From positions 1 through 40,797 of IMG/VR virus record IMGVR_UViG_3300035491_000325: a DNA stretch of 40,797 bases; one strand, written 5' to 3'. This document shows, one piece after another, positions 8,809 through 16,428 of the stretch. The first letter of the stretch is position 1, and every line of letters begins with the position of its first letter. The stretch comes from a virus (Duplodnaviria; Caudoviricetes). The notes beneath the pieces were generated by a model. That model searched no databases, was not told where the DNA came from, and was given only the letters and a program-made list of their open reading frames with translations. The translations under genes were made by a program, and so were the position numbers.

Positions 8809-9762
8809 TCAGGCCTCGTCCTTGATCGGGCTCACGCCTTCCTGGTGCATCCAGGTGAAGTCCTCTTCGTCGCCGCTGACTTCGGGCAGCTGGAACTCGG
8901 CTTTCAGCTCGCCCAGCAGGCGCTGCAAGTGGGCGATCAGTTGGGCCTGGAAGTTGCGGTGGTCGCTGCCGGTTTCGCTGGCGTGCTGATCCAGCGTGGC
9001 GAAAGCCGCGCGCAGCTTGCCGCTGATGTCGGCCTCGGCCTCGAAGGCGATGCCAGCGACTTCCTGGCGCAGTTCCTTGGCAGCCTCGTCGGCGCTCATG
9101 GTTTCGATGCGGCGCTTGGCCTTGGCCAGATCCTGCTTGGTGCGATCCAGCTCGGCGTTCTTCTTGCTCAGCACTTCGCCCTGGGCTTCGTAGTCGGCCT
9201 GGGTGTCGGCGAGCTTCTTCTGCAGCTCTTCCTTCTCTTTGGTGTGGTTGTGGATCAGATCCTCGGCCAGCACCTGCACGGCCTCGAAATTGCCCTGCTT
9301 GGAGGCTTCGATCAGGGCTGACTTGGCGTCGTCGGGCAGGCGGCGCCATTGGCGCAGCTCGCGATAGCCGATGCCCATGCGGGTCATGGATTCGAGGGCT
9401 TCTTCGCCGAAGGCGCGCAGGTTGGCGATGTCCATGTCGGCCTTGTCGACCGAGATGCCGAGCACCGAACAGAACTCAGCCCAAGTACCTGAAAACTCCG
9501 AACCGTTCGGAGCCTTCTTGCCAGCAAGGGCGCGGTAGAGCTTGTTTTCCTTGACGTATGCGAGCTTGGAAGTCCGAACGGTTCGGGAAAATTCCTCGAA
9601 GGCGCCGGCCATTTGAGCCTGTCCGAGCAGTTGATTGACCAGGTCGCGCTCGTCCTGCAGGCCCTGGGCAATCGCGCCCAGGTTCTGGATGACATTTACG
9701 GCGTCTTCGTTGACCGGTGCGTCTTGCTGCAGCTCGGTGGGCGTGGTGGATTTACGTGGCAT
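8809..9762 (-). CDS. DUF3102-like protein
   Basis: 317 aa coiled-coil protein at the usual pre-transposase position of B3-like phages. Confidence 0.75.
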   Translation of the reverse strand: MPRKSTTPTELQQDAPVNEDAVNVIQNLGAIAQGLQDERDLVNQLLGQAQMAGAFEEFSRTVRTSKLAYVKENKLYRALAGKKAPNGSEFSGTWAEFCSVLGISVDKADMDIANLRAFGEEALESMTRMGIGYRELRQWRRLPDDAKSALIEASKQGNFEAVQVLAEDLIHNHTKEKEELQKKLADTQADYEAQGEVLSKKNAELDRTKQDLAKAKRRIETMSADEAAKELRQEVAGIAFEAEADISGKLRAAFATLDQHASETGSDHRNFQAQLIAHLQRLLGELKAEFQLPEVSGDEEDFTWMHQEGVSPIKDEA

Positions 9763-10043
9763 CAGGCAGCCCTCCGCTCGGCGTCGCCAGTCATCGCACG
9801 CAAGCGGGCAATGGCCTCGGTGCGGTCGCCGTTGGCTTCGATCAGGGCATTGCGGAACTCGTCGGCGCCACGGCAGCAGCCGTGGAAGTAGGCATCGAAC
9901 TCCAGGCTGCCCTGCGGGTAGTTGACGGTGGTGGGCTCACCCTCGATGCGCAGCTTGAGCGCGGCGCAAAGGCCCTCGACATACACGCTGCTGTGGCGGT
10001 CGCCGCCGCGCAGCAGGTGTTGGGCCAGTTTGGGGTAGTTCAT
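9762..10043 (-). CDS. Hypothetical protein
   Basis: AAGGAG precedes the ATG at 10043; YPQGSLEFDAYFHG motif. Confidence 0.75.
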   Translation of the reverse strand: MNYPKLAQHLLRGGDRHSSVYVEGLCAALKLRIEGEPTTVNYPQGSLEFDAYFHGCCRGADEFRNALIEANGDRTEAIARLRAMTGDAERRAA

Positions 10044-10059
10044 GGCGTGCTCCTTGTTG

Positions 10060-10368
10060 TCAGCGTGCGGCACCGGCCAGCACGCGTTGGTTGATTTCGT
10101 TGATGCGGAGCTGTGCGGCGCCCATCTCGTTGGCGTGGGCCTGGGCGATCTGCAGCAGCGCGATGCTCGGGGCGAAGCGGCCGTTATCCAGCTTCACGGC
10201 CAGGCCCTCGGCGATCAGGGTGTTGAGGGCGCGGTTGATGTTCGGTGCGCTCTCGCCCAGGCCCTTGGCCAGGTCGCCGTTGCTGATGCCGGTGAGGCTG
10301 TAGCCCTTGAGGGCCTTGAGCACGCGGAGGATCCGCGCGCCGCTGTCGGAGGTGCGTGGGGTGGTCAT
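10060..10368 (-). CDS. IclR-type winged-HTH DNA-binding protein
   Basis: ARILRVLKALKG..GISNGDLAKGLGESAPNINRALNTLIAEGL; ATGA overlap with the upstream gene. Confidence 0.85.
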   Translation of the reverse strand: MTTPRTSDSGARILRVLKALKGYSLTGISNGDLAKGLGESAPNINRALNTLIAEGLAVKLDNGRFAPSIALLQIAQAHANEMGAAQLRINEINQRVLAGAAR

Positions 10369-10838
10369 TCGCTGAGATCCAGTTGTGGGTTGGCGTGCTG
10401 CTGCACGTTGCTGCGGTGCCAGGCCAGGCTGGTGAGCCCGCTTTGCAGGGCGGCCAGGGTGTCGTCTGCCTCGGCCTGGCCCTGGTAGAAGGCGATCACG
10501 GCGCCGATGGTGGCGTTGAGCACGGCCTGCAGCTCGTGCATGTCCTGGGCGCTGCAGGTACGGCCGGCCGGGATGTCGATCAGCAGCTTGCCGCTGGTAG
10601 AGGCCAGCCAGCGGCTGACCAGGGCGATGCCGCAGGCATGCTCGAATGCCGGGATCAACACAGCAGGCATGCGCCCCTCGGTGAGCCACTTGTACAGGGC
10701 CCAGTGGTTGGCCTGGCCCATGCGCTCGGCAATGCGCTCGACGCCTAGGTTGTGCCGCTCCTTGGCGAACTCCAGCGACCACTCCATGGCCTGGCGGATG
10801 CTGCTGGGCTGGGCGTTCTTCCAAGAGCGGCGCTTCAT
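10365..10838 (-). CDS. Putative phage regulatory / DNA-binding protein
   Basis: 157 aa; VERIAERMG..WALYKWL HTH-like segment; GGGAGG precedes the start. Confidence 0.75.
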   Translation of the reverse strand: MKRRSWKNAQPSSIRQAMEWSLEFAKERHNLGVERIAERMGQANHWALYKWLTEGRMPAVLIPAFEHACGIALVSRWLASTSGKLLIDIPAGRTCSAQDMHELQAVLNATIGAVIAFYQGQAEADDTLAALQSGLTSLAWHRSNVQQHANPQLDLSE

Positions 10839-10961
10839 TGGATGGCCCTCCCGGCAAGGCTTGCGGCGGCTTCCAAATAAATAGGCTTTTTGCCCATTGG
10901 CAACGCTGTTACCAAAAGGCCAGTCTGTTGGGGTACATTCACCCCGACCGGAGATACGGAC

Positions 10962-11186
10962 ATGGCTACTACTGACCCTCTTGTTCTTGTTGCTGCGATG
11001 CGTTCGGCGTATTTGGCGTTGGCTCGCCGCCTAGCGCTGGAGCACGGCCTTGATCTGAATGGGCTTGCTGACGATCTGGATATGCTGGGCTCGACTCAGC
11101 CAGATGCTGACTGGAAGGAGGGGCATCAGACGCTTTCGGATCTGCTGCGCGGGATCGCGCTAGGTGTGCCAGCAAACGATGACTGA
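10962..11186 (+). CDS. Small acidic helical protein antisense to the early operon
   Basis: GGAGA precedes the ATG at 10962; 74 aa MATTDPLVLVAAMRSAYLALARRL... Confidence 0.55.
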   Translation: MATTDPLVLVAAMRSAYLALARRLALEHGLDLNGLADDLDMLGSTQPDADWKEGHQTLSDLLRGIALGVPANDD

Positions 11187-11529
11187 TCTCGCCCGCCTCG
11201 CTAGAACGGAGCGCGGCGGCGTCGATACCAAGCAACGGGGCTTGATGACTGAAACCCAGCTCGTTGTGTGTGGCCTGCAGGCGGTCACCGACCAGCCGGC
11301 CGGCGCCGATCAGCATCAGGCGGTTGACCAGCTTGGCGGTGCCATCGGATGCACGGGTGCGATCGACGAAGATCAGCGCCTGTTGCTTGGCTTCTTGCAG
11401 GTGGGCGGCGATGGCTGGGCCATCACCCGGCGCGCAGGCGATCAGCGCATCGAGCGCGGCGCGCCAGGCGTCCATCTCGTGAGGGAACAACTCGATCTCC
11501 TCGATTTTGATTTGCGGCTTGTCGGTCAT
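10969..11529 (-). CDS. Hypothetical early protein
   Basis: GAGGG precedes the ATG. The N-terminal ~110 aa look globular; the C-terminal low-complexity part overlaps the + strand ORF. Confidence 0.65.
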   Translation of the reverse strand: MTDKPQIKIEEIELFPHEMDAWRAALDALIACAPGDGPAIAAHLQEAKQQALIFVDRTRASDGTAKLVNRLMLIGAGRLVGDRLQATHNELGFSHQAPLLGIDAAALRSSEAGEISHRLLAHLARSRAADPKASDAPPSSQHLAESSPAYPDRQQAHSDQGRAPALGGEPTPNTPNASQQQEQEGQ

Positions 11530-11573
11530 GGCAGTGACCCTCGCTGCGGTTGAGGTAGGGGGTGGGAGAACGG

Positions 11574-11786
11574 TCAGGCGGCTACGGCTTCGCCATCTTT
11601 GAGGCCGAGGGCAACGGCAATGACATGCGATTGGCCGTAGTTGCCCTTGGAGAAGCCGTTAAGCACTTGATAAACGGCAGTGGGCGGGAAACCGTGGTCT
11701 TTGGCCCACTGGGTGACGGTCAGGCCTTTGGCGCGAAACTGGGCCTTTACCTGCTCGACGGTCTTGGGTTTTTGCTGGGTTGCCAT
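11574..11786 (-). CDS. Ner/Cro-like DNA-binding protein (BcepMu gp16 family)
   Basis: QVKAQFRAKGLTVTQWAKDHGF...VYQVLNG..KGNYGQSHVIAVALGLK; divergent from the repressor; GAGGAG RBS. Confidence 0.9.
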   Translation of the reverse strand: MATQQKPKTVEQVKAQFRAKGLTVTQWAKDHGFPPTAVYQVLNGFSKGNYGQSHVIAVALGLKDGEAVAA

Positions 11787-11812
11787 GGCGGTGGCTCCTC
11801 GGCTGCTAGTTG

Positions 11813-11830
11813 AAGATTCTTAGGAATCTT
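11813..11830. promoter_or_regulatory. Palindrome AAGATTC-N4-GAATCTT (candidate Ner-like site or leader hairpin)
   Basis: Perfect 7-bp inverted repeat in the switch region. Confidence 0.5.
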
Positions 11831-11847
11831 TGGTGTTTGTGGTGCTG

Positions 11848-11876
11848 AGTATGGGTAGAAAGCTACCCATCGTCAA
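11848..11876 (-). promoter_or_regulatory. Leftward early sigma70 promoter TTGACG-N17-CATACT
   Basis: -35 at 11876-11871 and -10 at 11853-11848 on the minus strand, upstream of the ner-like gene. Confidence 0.7.
11851..11870. promoter_or_regulatory. Operator O1: ATGGGTA-N6-TACCCAT
   Basis: Perfect inverted repeat covering the early promoter spacer; second copy at 11885. Confidence 0.75.
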
Positions 11877-11884
11877 GGAGGTTT

Positions 11885-11904
11885 ATGGGTACTTATTTAC
11901 CCAT
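11885..11904. promoter_or_regulatory. Operator O2: ATGGGTA-N6-TACCCAT overlapping the repressor start codon
   Basis: Same half-sites and spacing as O1. Confidence 0.75.
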
Positions 11905-12307
11905 CGGAGAGCGTCTTGCTGAAGAGAGGAAGCGGCTCGGGTTCAATCAAACCGACTTCGCCGCTGTGGCTGGAGTAAGCAGAAAGACTCTTTTTGGGTA
12001 TGAGAGCGGCGAGCGAGCGCCAGATGCAGGAGGGCTTGCGGCTTGGGCTAGCGAAGGGATGGACGTGATGTACGTCGTGCTGGGGGAACGGTCAAAAGCT
12101 AACCCAGCCAGTCAACTGCCAGCAGATGAGCAGGTTTTGTTGGAGGCTTATCGTTCTATGCCGGCGCCCGCTCGTAAGGGACTATTGGCTGAGCTGCTTG
12201 TGAGCGGAAAGAAACCAAAGGCAAAGCCGCGAGCTGCCGATGGAATCCAGGTTTCAGGAAGTGGCCATAGGGTTGCTGGAAGGGATTACAACGAAACGAA
12301 GGAGTAG
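11885..12307 (+). CDS. Prophage repressor (XRE HTH) with C-terminal RVAGRDY motif
   Basis: IGERLAEERKRLGFNQTDFAAVAGVSRKTLFGYESGERAPD; AAGGAGG RBS; no S24 peptidase domain. Confidence 0.92.
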   Translation: MGTYLPIGERLAEERKRLGFNQTDFAAVAGVSRKTLFGYESGERAPDAGGLAAWASEGMDVMYVVLGERSKANPASQLPADEQVLLEAYRSMPAPARKGLLAELLVSGKKPKAKPRAADGIQVSGSGHRVAGRDYNETKE

Positions 12308-12311
12308 AACC

Positions 12312-12695
12312 GTGGATATCCAGGTTGAGGGGAGCAACAACCGTGTCGCCGGTCGGGACTATTACGAGAATCAGATCAAGCCTTGCCCCAGATGTGAGAT
12401 TAGGGTCATTGATCGCGAAAGGGATATTTGCAACCACTGCACGAAGGAAGAGAAAGAACAGATCGCTCAAGGGATACTGATGACGCTTGGCCTGGGTGCT
12501 CTATTCATCTTCGGCTGGTTGCTCAATTGGCGTACTGAGCGAGGCATGCCTGTTGGTCTAGAGGGACTGATTGAAACGTTCGCTCTGGCTATTGGCATAG
12601 TGATCGCTCTGGCGTCTGTGCTCTGGCTCTTTCTCCCGTTGGTTTGGGAAATCGGTGCTGTCTACTTTCAGGAGCGGCGCAGACGCCGCCGTTAA
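12312..12695 (+). CDS. Membrane protein: N-terminal RVAGRDY motif, CxxC..CxxC zinc finger, two TM helices
   Basis: GTG at 12312 after AAGGAG; CPRC and CNHC; two hydrophobic segments; C-terminal poly-Arg. Confidence 0.8.
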   Translation: MDIQVEGSNNRVAGRDYYENQIKPCPRCEIRVIDRERDICNHCTKEEKEQIAQGILMTLGLGALFIFGWLLNWRTERGMPVGLEGLIETFALAIGIVIALASVLWLFLPLVWEIGAVYFQERRRRRR

Positions 12696-12724
12696 TAACC
12701 CCCAGTCAAGGAGAGACCCGGCTT

Positions 12725-13453
12725 ATGAATGTCAGACCTTTGGTTTCAGCTGCGCTGGTAACCCTGTTGCTATCGGGGTGCGCCACTGACTATCGAAACA
12801 AGGCCCCTGCAGAAGTCGCGCAGGCAACTCGCGTGCACGACAGCGAATACAGTGAGAACAGGATCTACCTGGCTCCGCCTGTGACAGGTAATCCCGTGAT
12901 GGGTATGACCTACGAAGCCCAGCTTGCAGCTATTCAATCCAAGAAGGATGGCTCCATAACCCATGCACTCAGGGTCAGGTGGAGCTATCTCTCCCACGCT
13001 TGGATGTTCTTCTCCAACGCCACTCTGCCTGGGCCTATTCCCCTTGAAACCGTTTCCACCAACAGGGAGGTGCATAGCTGCCGCTCTAGCCGTTGCAGCT
13101 ACTACGAAAGTACGTCCGCAGTTGTGCCCCTGGAGATCCTGGCCAATGCAGGCTCTGGCTTGAAGGTTCGCTTCTCCTCGCAGCAGGGTGCAGTCATCGT
13201 TGAACTGCCAGCCACCTATGTGCTCGGTTATCTGCAAGCCATGTCTACGGCGCTGGGCGGGGCTGTTGCGCCCCCAGTTGCTGCTCCGGCCTCAAGGATT
13301 CCCAAGTGGGAGGCTGTGCCGACACGTCCTGCAGGCCAGGCTGGTGAGGTAGTGGTGAAGAGCAAGGAGCAGCAGCTCCAAGAGCTGCAGAACACGCCGG
13401 GGCTGAGTTATGAGGAGTACCAGCGTCGGTATAAGGCGATTACGGGAAAATAG
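12725..13453 (+). CDS. Lipoprotein with a SHOCT-like C-terminus
   Basis: AAGGAG RBS; lipobox LLSGC; C-terminal QLQELQ..GLSYEEYQRRYKAI. Confidence 0.8.
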   Translation: MNVRPLVSAALVTLLLSGCATDYRNKAPAEVAQATRVHDSEYSENRIYLAPPVTGNPVMGMTYEAQLAAIQSKKDGSITHALRVRWSYLSHAWMFFSNATLPGPIPLETVSTNREVHSCRSSRCSYYESTSAVVPLEILANAGSGLKVRFSSQQGAVIVELPATYVLGYLQAMSTALGGAVAPPVAAPASRIPKWEAVPTRPAGQAGEVVVKSKEQQLQELQNTPGLSYEEYQRRYKAITGK

Positions 13454-13878
13454 TGAGATGGAGCTTTGAGTTGAAGATCGATACGCAACTGCTGCAATGG
13501 ATTTACGTCGTTGTTGCTGCACCGCTTCTGGGTTGGCTTGGCGCCTGGTTACACCAACAGAACAAGGCCAGGCAGTCGCGTAAGGCACGTGTCGAGTTTC
13601 TTCGTGGGTTGCCGGAGGAGGCGAAGCTGTGCCTGCTGGGCTTCTACCACAACAAAACCCACACCATGCGTGGTGATCCAGGCGCTCCGGTAGTGCGCTA
13701 TTTGACCCAAATGAAAGTCCTGCACGTCGGTACTGGCGGTGGAACATTCGATGCAGTTGATCGCTACCTCACCGTCATGTCGGTCTATTGGTCAGTTTTC
13801 GATAGGTGGCTGGTAGCAGACGTGGATGCCATCAGGTTGCTTTCTGAGCATCTCCAAGACGAGCTGGAAAACCAATAG
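13453..13878 (+). CDS. Membrane-anchored protein resembling superinfection exclusion protein B (SieB)
   Basis: N-terminal TM helix, then FLRGLPEEAKLCLLGF..THTM..PGAPVVRYLTQMKVL, similar to the recalled SieB C-terminal pattern. Start uncertain. Confidence 0.55.
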   Translation: MRWSFELKIDTQLLQWIYVVVAAPLLGWLGAWLHQQNKARQSRKARVEFLRGLPEEAKLCLLGFYHNKTHTMRGDPGAPVVRYLTQMKVLHVGTGGGTFDAVDRYLTVMSVYWSVFDRWLVADVDAIRLLSEHLQDELENQ

Positions 13879-13899
13879 GCCTATGAGCCAGGAGCCTCT

Positions 13900-14358
13900 A
13901 TGAACAGGGACGCACTGTTTGCCATTTTCGAGAAGCACTGTGGAGCCGAATGGCAGCAAACCGAGCCAGTCGCACTTTCTGCTTGGGACACGGTGGAGGC
14001 GCTCTGGCCGCTCAATGAATACTTCAGGCCCAACTATCAGGCATTCCGTTCGCTGCAGTACAGCCAGGCCTTTGAGGTGAAGGCTGATGAGGCTTTGACG
14101 AATTTTGCGATCACCGGCACATGGGGGTTGGTGAGTGTAGAGACCTGGCGCGTCATTCTTGAGCGACAGCAGCAAGCAATTACAGCGCTGCCGCTGCATG
14201 AGATGAGTGGTGGGAAACCATGGGTATTCGTCCCACCTACGTTGCCCGATGCTGCTCTAACAGCTGCTGCAGTCCTTGTTGTGCTGCATGGAATGAAGCT
14301 CCCGTTTCCAGTTGCTGATCGAGCAAGCTACGAACCCTCGCTAAAACCGCAGGGTTAA
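13900..14358 (+). CDS. Hypothetical accessory protein (152 aa)
   Basis: AGGAG RBS; last gene of the low-GC cluster. Confidence 0.75.
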   Translation: MNRDALFAIFEKHCGAEWQQTEPVALSAWDTVEALWPLNEYFRPNYQAFRSLQYSQAFEVKADEALTNFAITGTWGLVSVETWRVILERQQQAITALPLHEMSGGKPWVFVPPTLPDAALTAAAVLVVLHGMKLPFPVADRASYEPSLKPQG

Positions 14359-14483
14359 TATCTCCGGCTGCTGCAAAAGCTTTGGCCTGCTCTTCGCTGT
14401 AAATCCCTCTCCATTGATTCATTGCAGCCTCTTCCGGTTTATCTAACGACATGAAGAGACTGCTGCATTTCGACGGCAATGTA

Positions 14484-14528
14484 TTTTTGCCGCGTCCAAA
14501 TTACTCCGCGCGCGCGCGAGGCGAAGCT
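14484..14528 (+). promoter_or_regulatory. Late promoter box 1 (lysis operon)
   Basis: TTTTTGCCGCGTCCAAATTAC-N18-GAAGCT; homologous boxes at 23553 and 29535. Confidence 0.7.
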
Positions 14529-14602
14529 GTTCATGCATCCCGTTGGAACGGATCGGGATACGAACAGCCACGGCCAGGGATGGCCACCCTCGGAGCGCAA
14601 CC

Positions 14603-14902
14603 ATGCCCAACGCCCGCACACCCAAGCGCCGCATTCTGCCGCGCATGACCGTTTTCGCTGTTATCTCCATCCTCCTGCTGCTGGCCATCTGGTACGTGCG
14701 GCCCGAGCAGTTGCAGGTGGTGCTGTACAAGGCCGCGCTCATCACCATCGGCGCGGTGCTGGGCTACTACATCGACCGTGCGGTGTTCCTGGTTGAGGCT
14801 CGGCCACACCAGTGCATCGGGGGCATTCATATCGTCGGGGCCTGGATCCGCCGAGCGCTGCTGGTGATGGCGTGCATCCTCGGCATGACGCTGGGGCTCT
14901 GA
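14603..14902 (+). CDS. Holin (2/3-TM putative holin family)
   Basis: PEQLQVVLYKAALITIGAVLGYYIDRAVF and RRALLV..ILGMTLGL; directly precedes the endolysin. Confidence 0.85.
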   Translation: MPNARTPKRRILPRMTVFAVISILLLLAIWYVRPEQLQVVLYKAALITIGAVLGYYIDRAVFLVEARPHQCIGGIHIVGAWIRRALLVMACILGMTLGL

Positions 14903-14904
14903 CC

Positions 14905-15795
14905 ATGGGGCGCATCAAACACCTCGGCGGCGTGCTCTGGCATAGCTGCCGCATCCTCTGGCACCTGGATCCGCGCCTGGTGCTCTATCCGCTGCTGATG
15001 ATCGTGGTGTGTCTCGGTGCCTGGGCGATGCCTGTGCAGGCCGCCAGCATTCCCACCGCCGCCGAGCAGCACCGTCGCACCCTGGTGCGCGCTGCCCATG
15101 CTGAGTGGGGCCTGGGGGCGCCTGTGGCGACGTTCGCGGCGCAGGTGCATCAGGAGAGCGCCTGGCGGGTGAATGCTCGCTCTGGCGTCGGCGCCGAAGG
15201 CCTGGCGCAGTTCATGCCCGCGACTGCCGATTGGATGGCCGAGATCTACCCGCGCAGCCTGGGCCCGGCGCAGCCGTACAACCCAGGCTGGGCACTGCGG
15301 GCGCTGGTGGCGTTCGACCGCTGGCTATACGAGCGCAACCAGGCCGCGACCGAGTGTGACCGCTTCGCCTTTGTGCTGGCTGGCTACAACGGCGGCCAGG
15401 GCTGGGTGAATCGTGATCGACGGCTGGCATCGGCAAAGGGCGCCGATCCGCTGGCCTGGTTCGATTCCGTCGAGCGGCACAACGCTGGTCGCTCGGCTGC
15501 CAACTTCCGCGAGAACCGCCATTACCCGCGCGCCATCCTGCTGCGCTGGGAGCCGATGTATGCGGCTGCCGGCTGGGGGGCTGGTGTGTGCGCCGACAGG
15601 TATAGCCGCCATGAAGATCCCGACGCTGTTTCTGCTCGCCACGTTGACCACCAGTTCGCCTGCCGCCTGCTCCCGGAACTGGCTGGCTGCCGCAGACCTG
15701 AACGTATCGCCGCCGCCCCACGTTCGACCGGCCAAGGTCTGGTTGCGCGAGCGCGCGGACAAACGCGCACCTTTGCCGCGCTGGCTCAAGCGTAG
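14905..15795 (+). CDS. Endolysin, lytic transglycosylase (SLT) with N-terminal hydrophobic signal/anchor
   Basis: QVHQESAW, GAEGLAQFMPAT, AGYNGG and ENRHYP motifs. Confidence 0.9.
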   Translation: MGRIKHLGGVLWHSCRILWHLDPRLVLYPLLMIVVCLGAWAMPVQAASIPTAAEQHRRTLVRAAHAEWGLGAPVATFAAQVHQESAWRVNARSGVGAEGLAQFMPATADWMAEIYPRSLGPAQPYNPGWALRALVAFDRWLYERNQAATECDRFAFVLAGYNGGQGWVNRDRRLASAKGADPLAWFDSVERHNAGRSAANFRENRHYPRAILLRWEPMYAAAGWGAGVCADRYSRHEDPDAVSARHVDHQFACRLLPELAGCRRPERIAAAPRSTGQGLVARARGQTRTFAALAQA

Positions 15796-15805
15796 GGGGC
15801 GGTGA
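15611..15805 (+). CDS. Small basic protein overlapping the endolysin 3' end
   Basis: MKIPTLFLLATLTT...LPRWLKRRGR; stop overlaps the spanin start (GTGA). Confidence 0.5.
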   Translation: MKIPTLFLLATLTTSSPAACSRNWLAAADLNVSPPPHVRPAKVWLRERADKRAPLPRWLKRRGR

Positions 15806-16428
15806 TGAAGAACGTCCTCGGCTGGCTCAGTGATCACTGGTACCTCCTGATCTTCGTGGTGCTGGCGTACCTGATGTGGGCCTACGGCGAGAGCCAGTAC
15901 GACCGGGGCCACAGCGCCGCCCAGGCCATTGGTGATAAGGCGCTGGCCGATCTGCGCGAGGAGCACCAGAAGCTGCGCGCCGATGCCGCCGAACAGAACC
16001 TGGTGCTCTACCGCCAGCAGGTGGAGCGCGCCAACCAGGCCGAGCTGGTGTTCCTGGATGCCCAGGACGAGATCGGCCGACTCAAGCAGCAACTCACACA
16101 GGAGCGCATCAACCGTGTCTCGACTCAATACACCCCGGCGCGCGGCGCTGCCCCTGTGGCTGCTCCTCGCTTCGTTGTCACTTGTGGCTGGCTGCGCGAC
16201 TTCAACGCAGCGCTTGGAGCCACTGCCCCAGCTCCAGCCGGCTGCCGAGCCTACGCCGGCTCTGAAGAAACGGCCTGGCCCGCCCCCGGCTCTGACGCCG
16301 AACTACTGGAAAGCGGCGTTACCGCCGCAGACATCCTGGCCCATGCGCGTGACTACGGCGCTTGGGCGCTCGCCATCCGTGCGCAGCTGAACGCGCTGAT
16401 CGACCTACACGAAAAGGACAAGCCCTGA
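15802..16428 (+). CDS. i-spanin (Rz-like)
   Basis: N-terminal TM helix plus periplasmic coiled coil, following the endolysin. Confidence 0.75.
   Translation: MMKNVLGWLSDHWYLLIFVVLAYLMWAYGESQYDRGHSAAQAIGDKALADLREEHQKLRADAAEQNLVLYRQQVERANQAELVFLDAQDEIGRLKQQLTQERINRVSTQYTPARGAAPVAAPRFVVTCGWLRDFNAALGATAPAPAGCRAYAGSEETAWPAPGSDAELLESGVTAADILAHARDYGAWALAIRAQLNALIDLHEKDKP
16115..16390 (+). CDS. o-spanin (Rz1-like) lipoprotein embedded in the +1 frame
   Basis: GTG after AGGAG; signal peptide LPLWLLLASLSLVAG-C; Pro-rich mature part. Confidence 0.65.
   Translation: MSRLNTPRRAALPLWLLLASLSLVAGCATSTQRLEPLPQLQPAAEPTPALKKRPGPPPALTPNYWKAALPPQTSWPMRVTTALGRSPSVRS

Noticed and set aside
10929-10946. GGGGT-N6-ACCCC palindrome as a third repressor operator
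   Set aside because: Half-site and spacing differ from the two ATGGGTA-N6-TACCCAT copies; it may be just a small hairpin.
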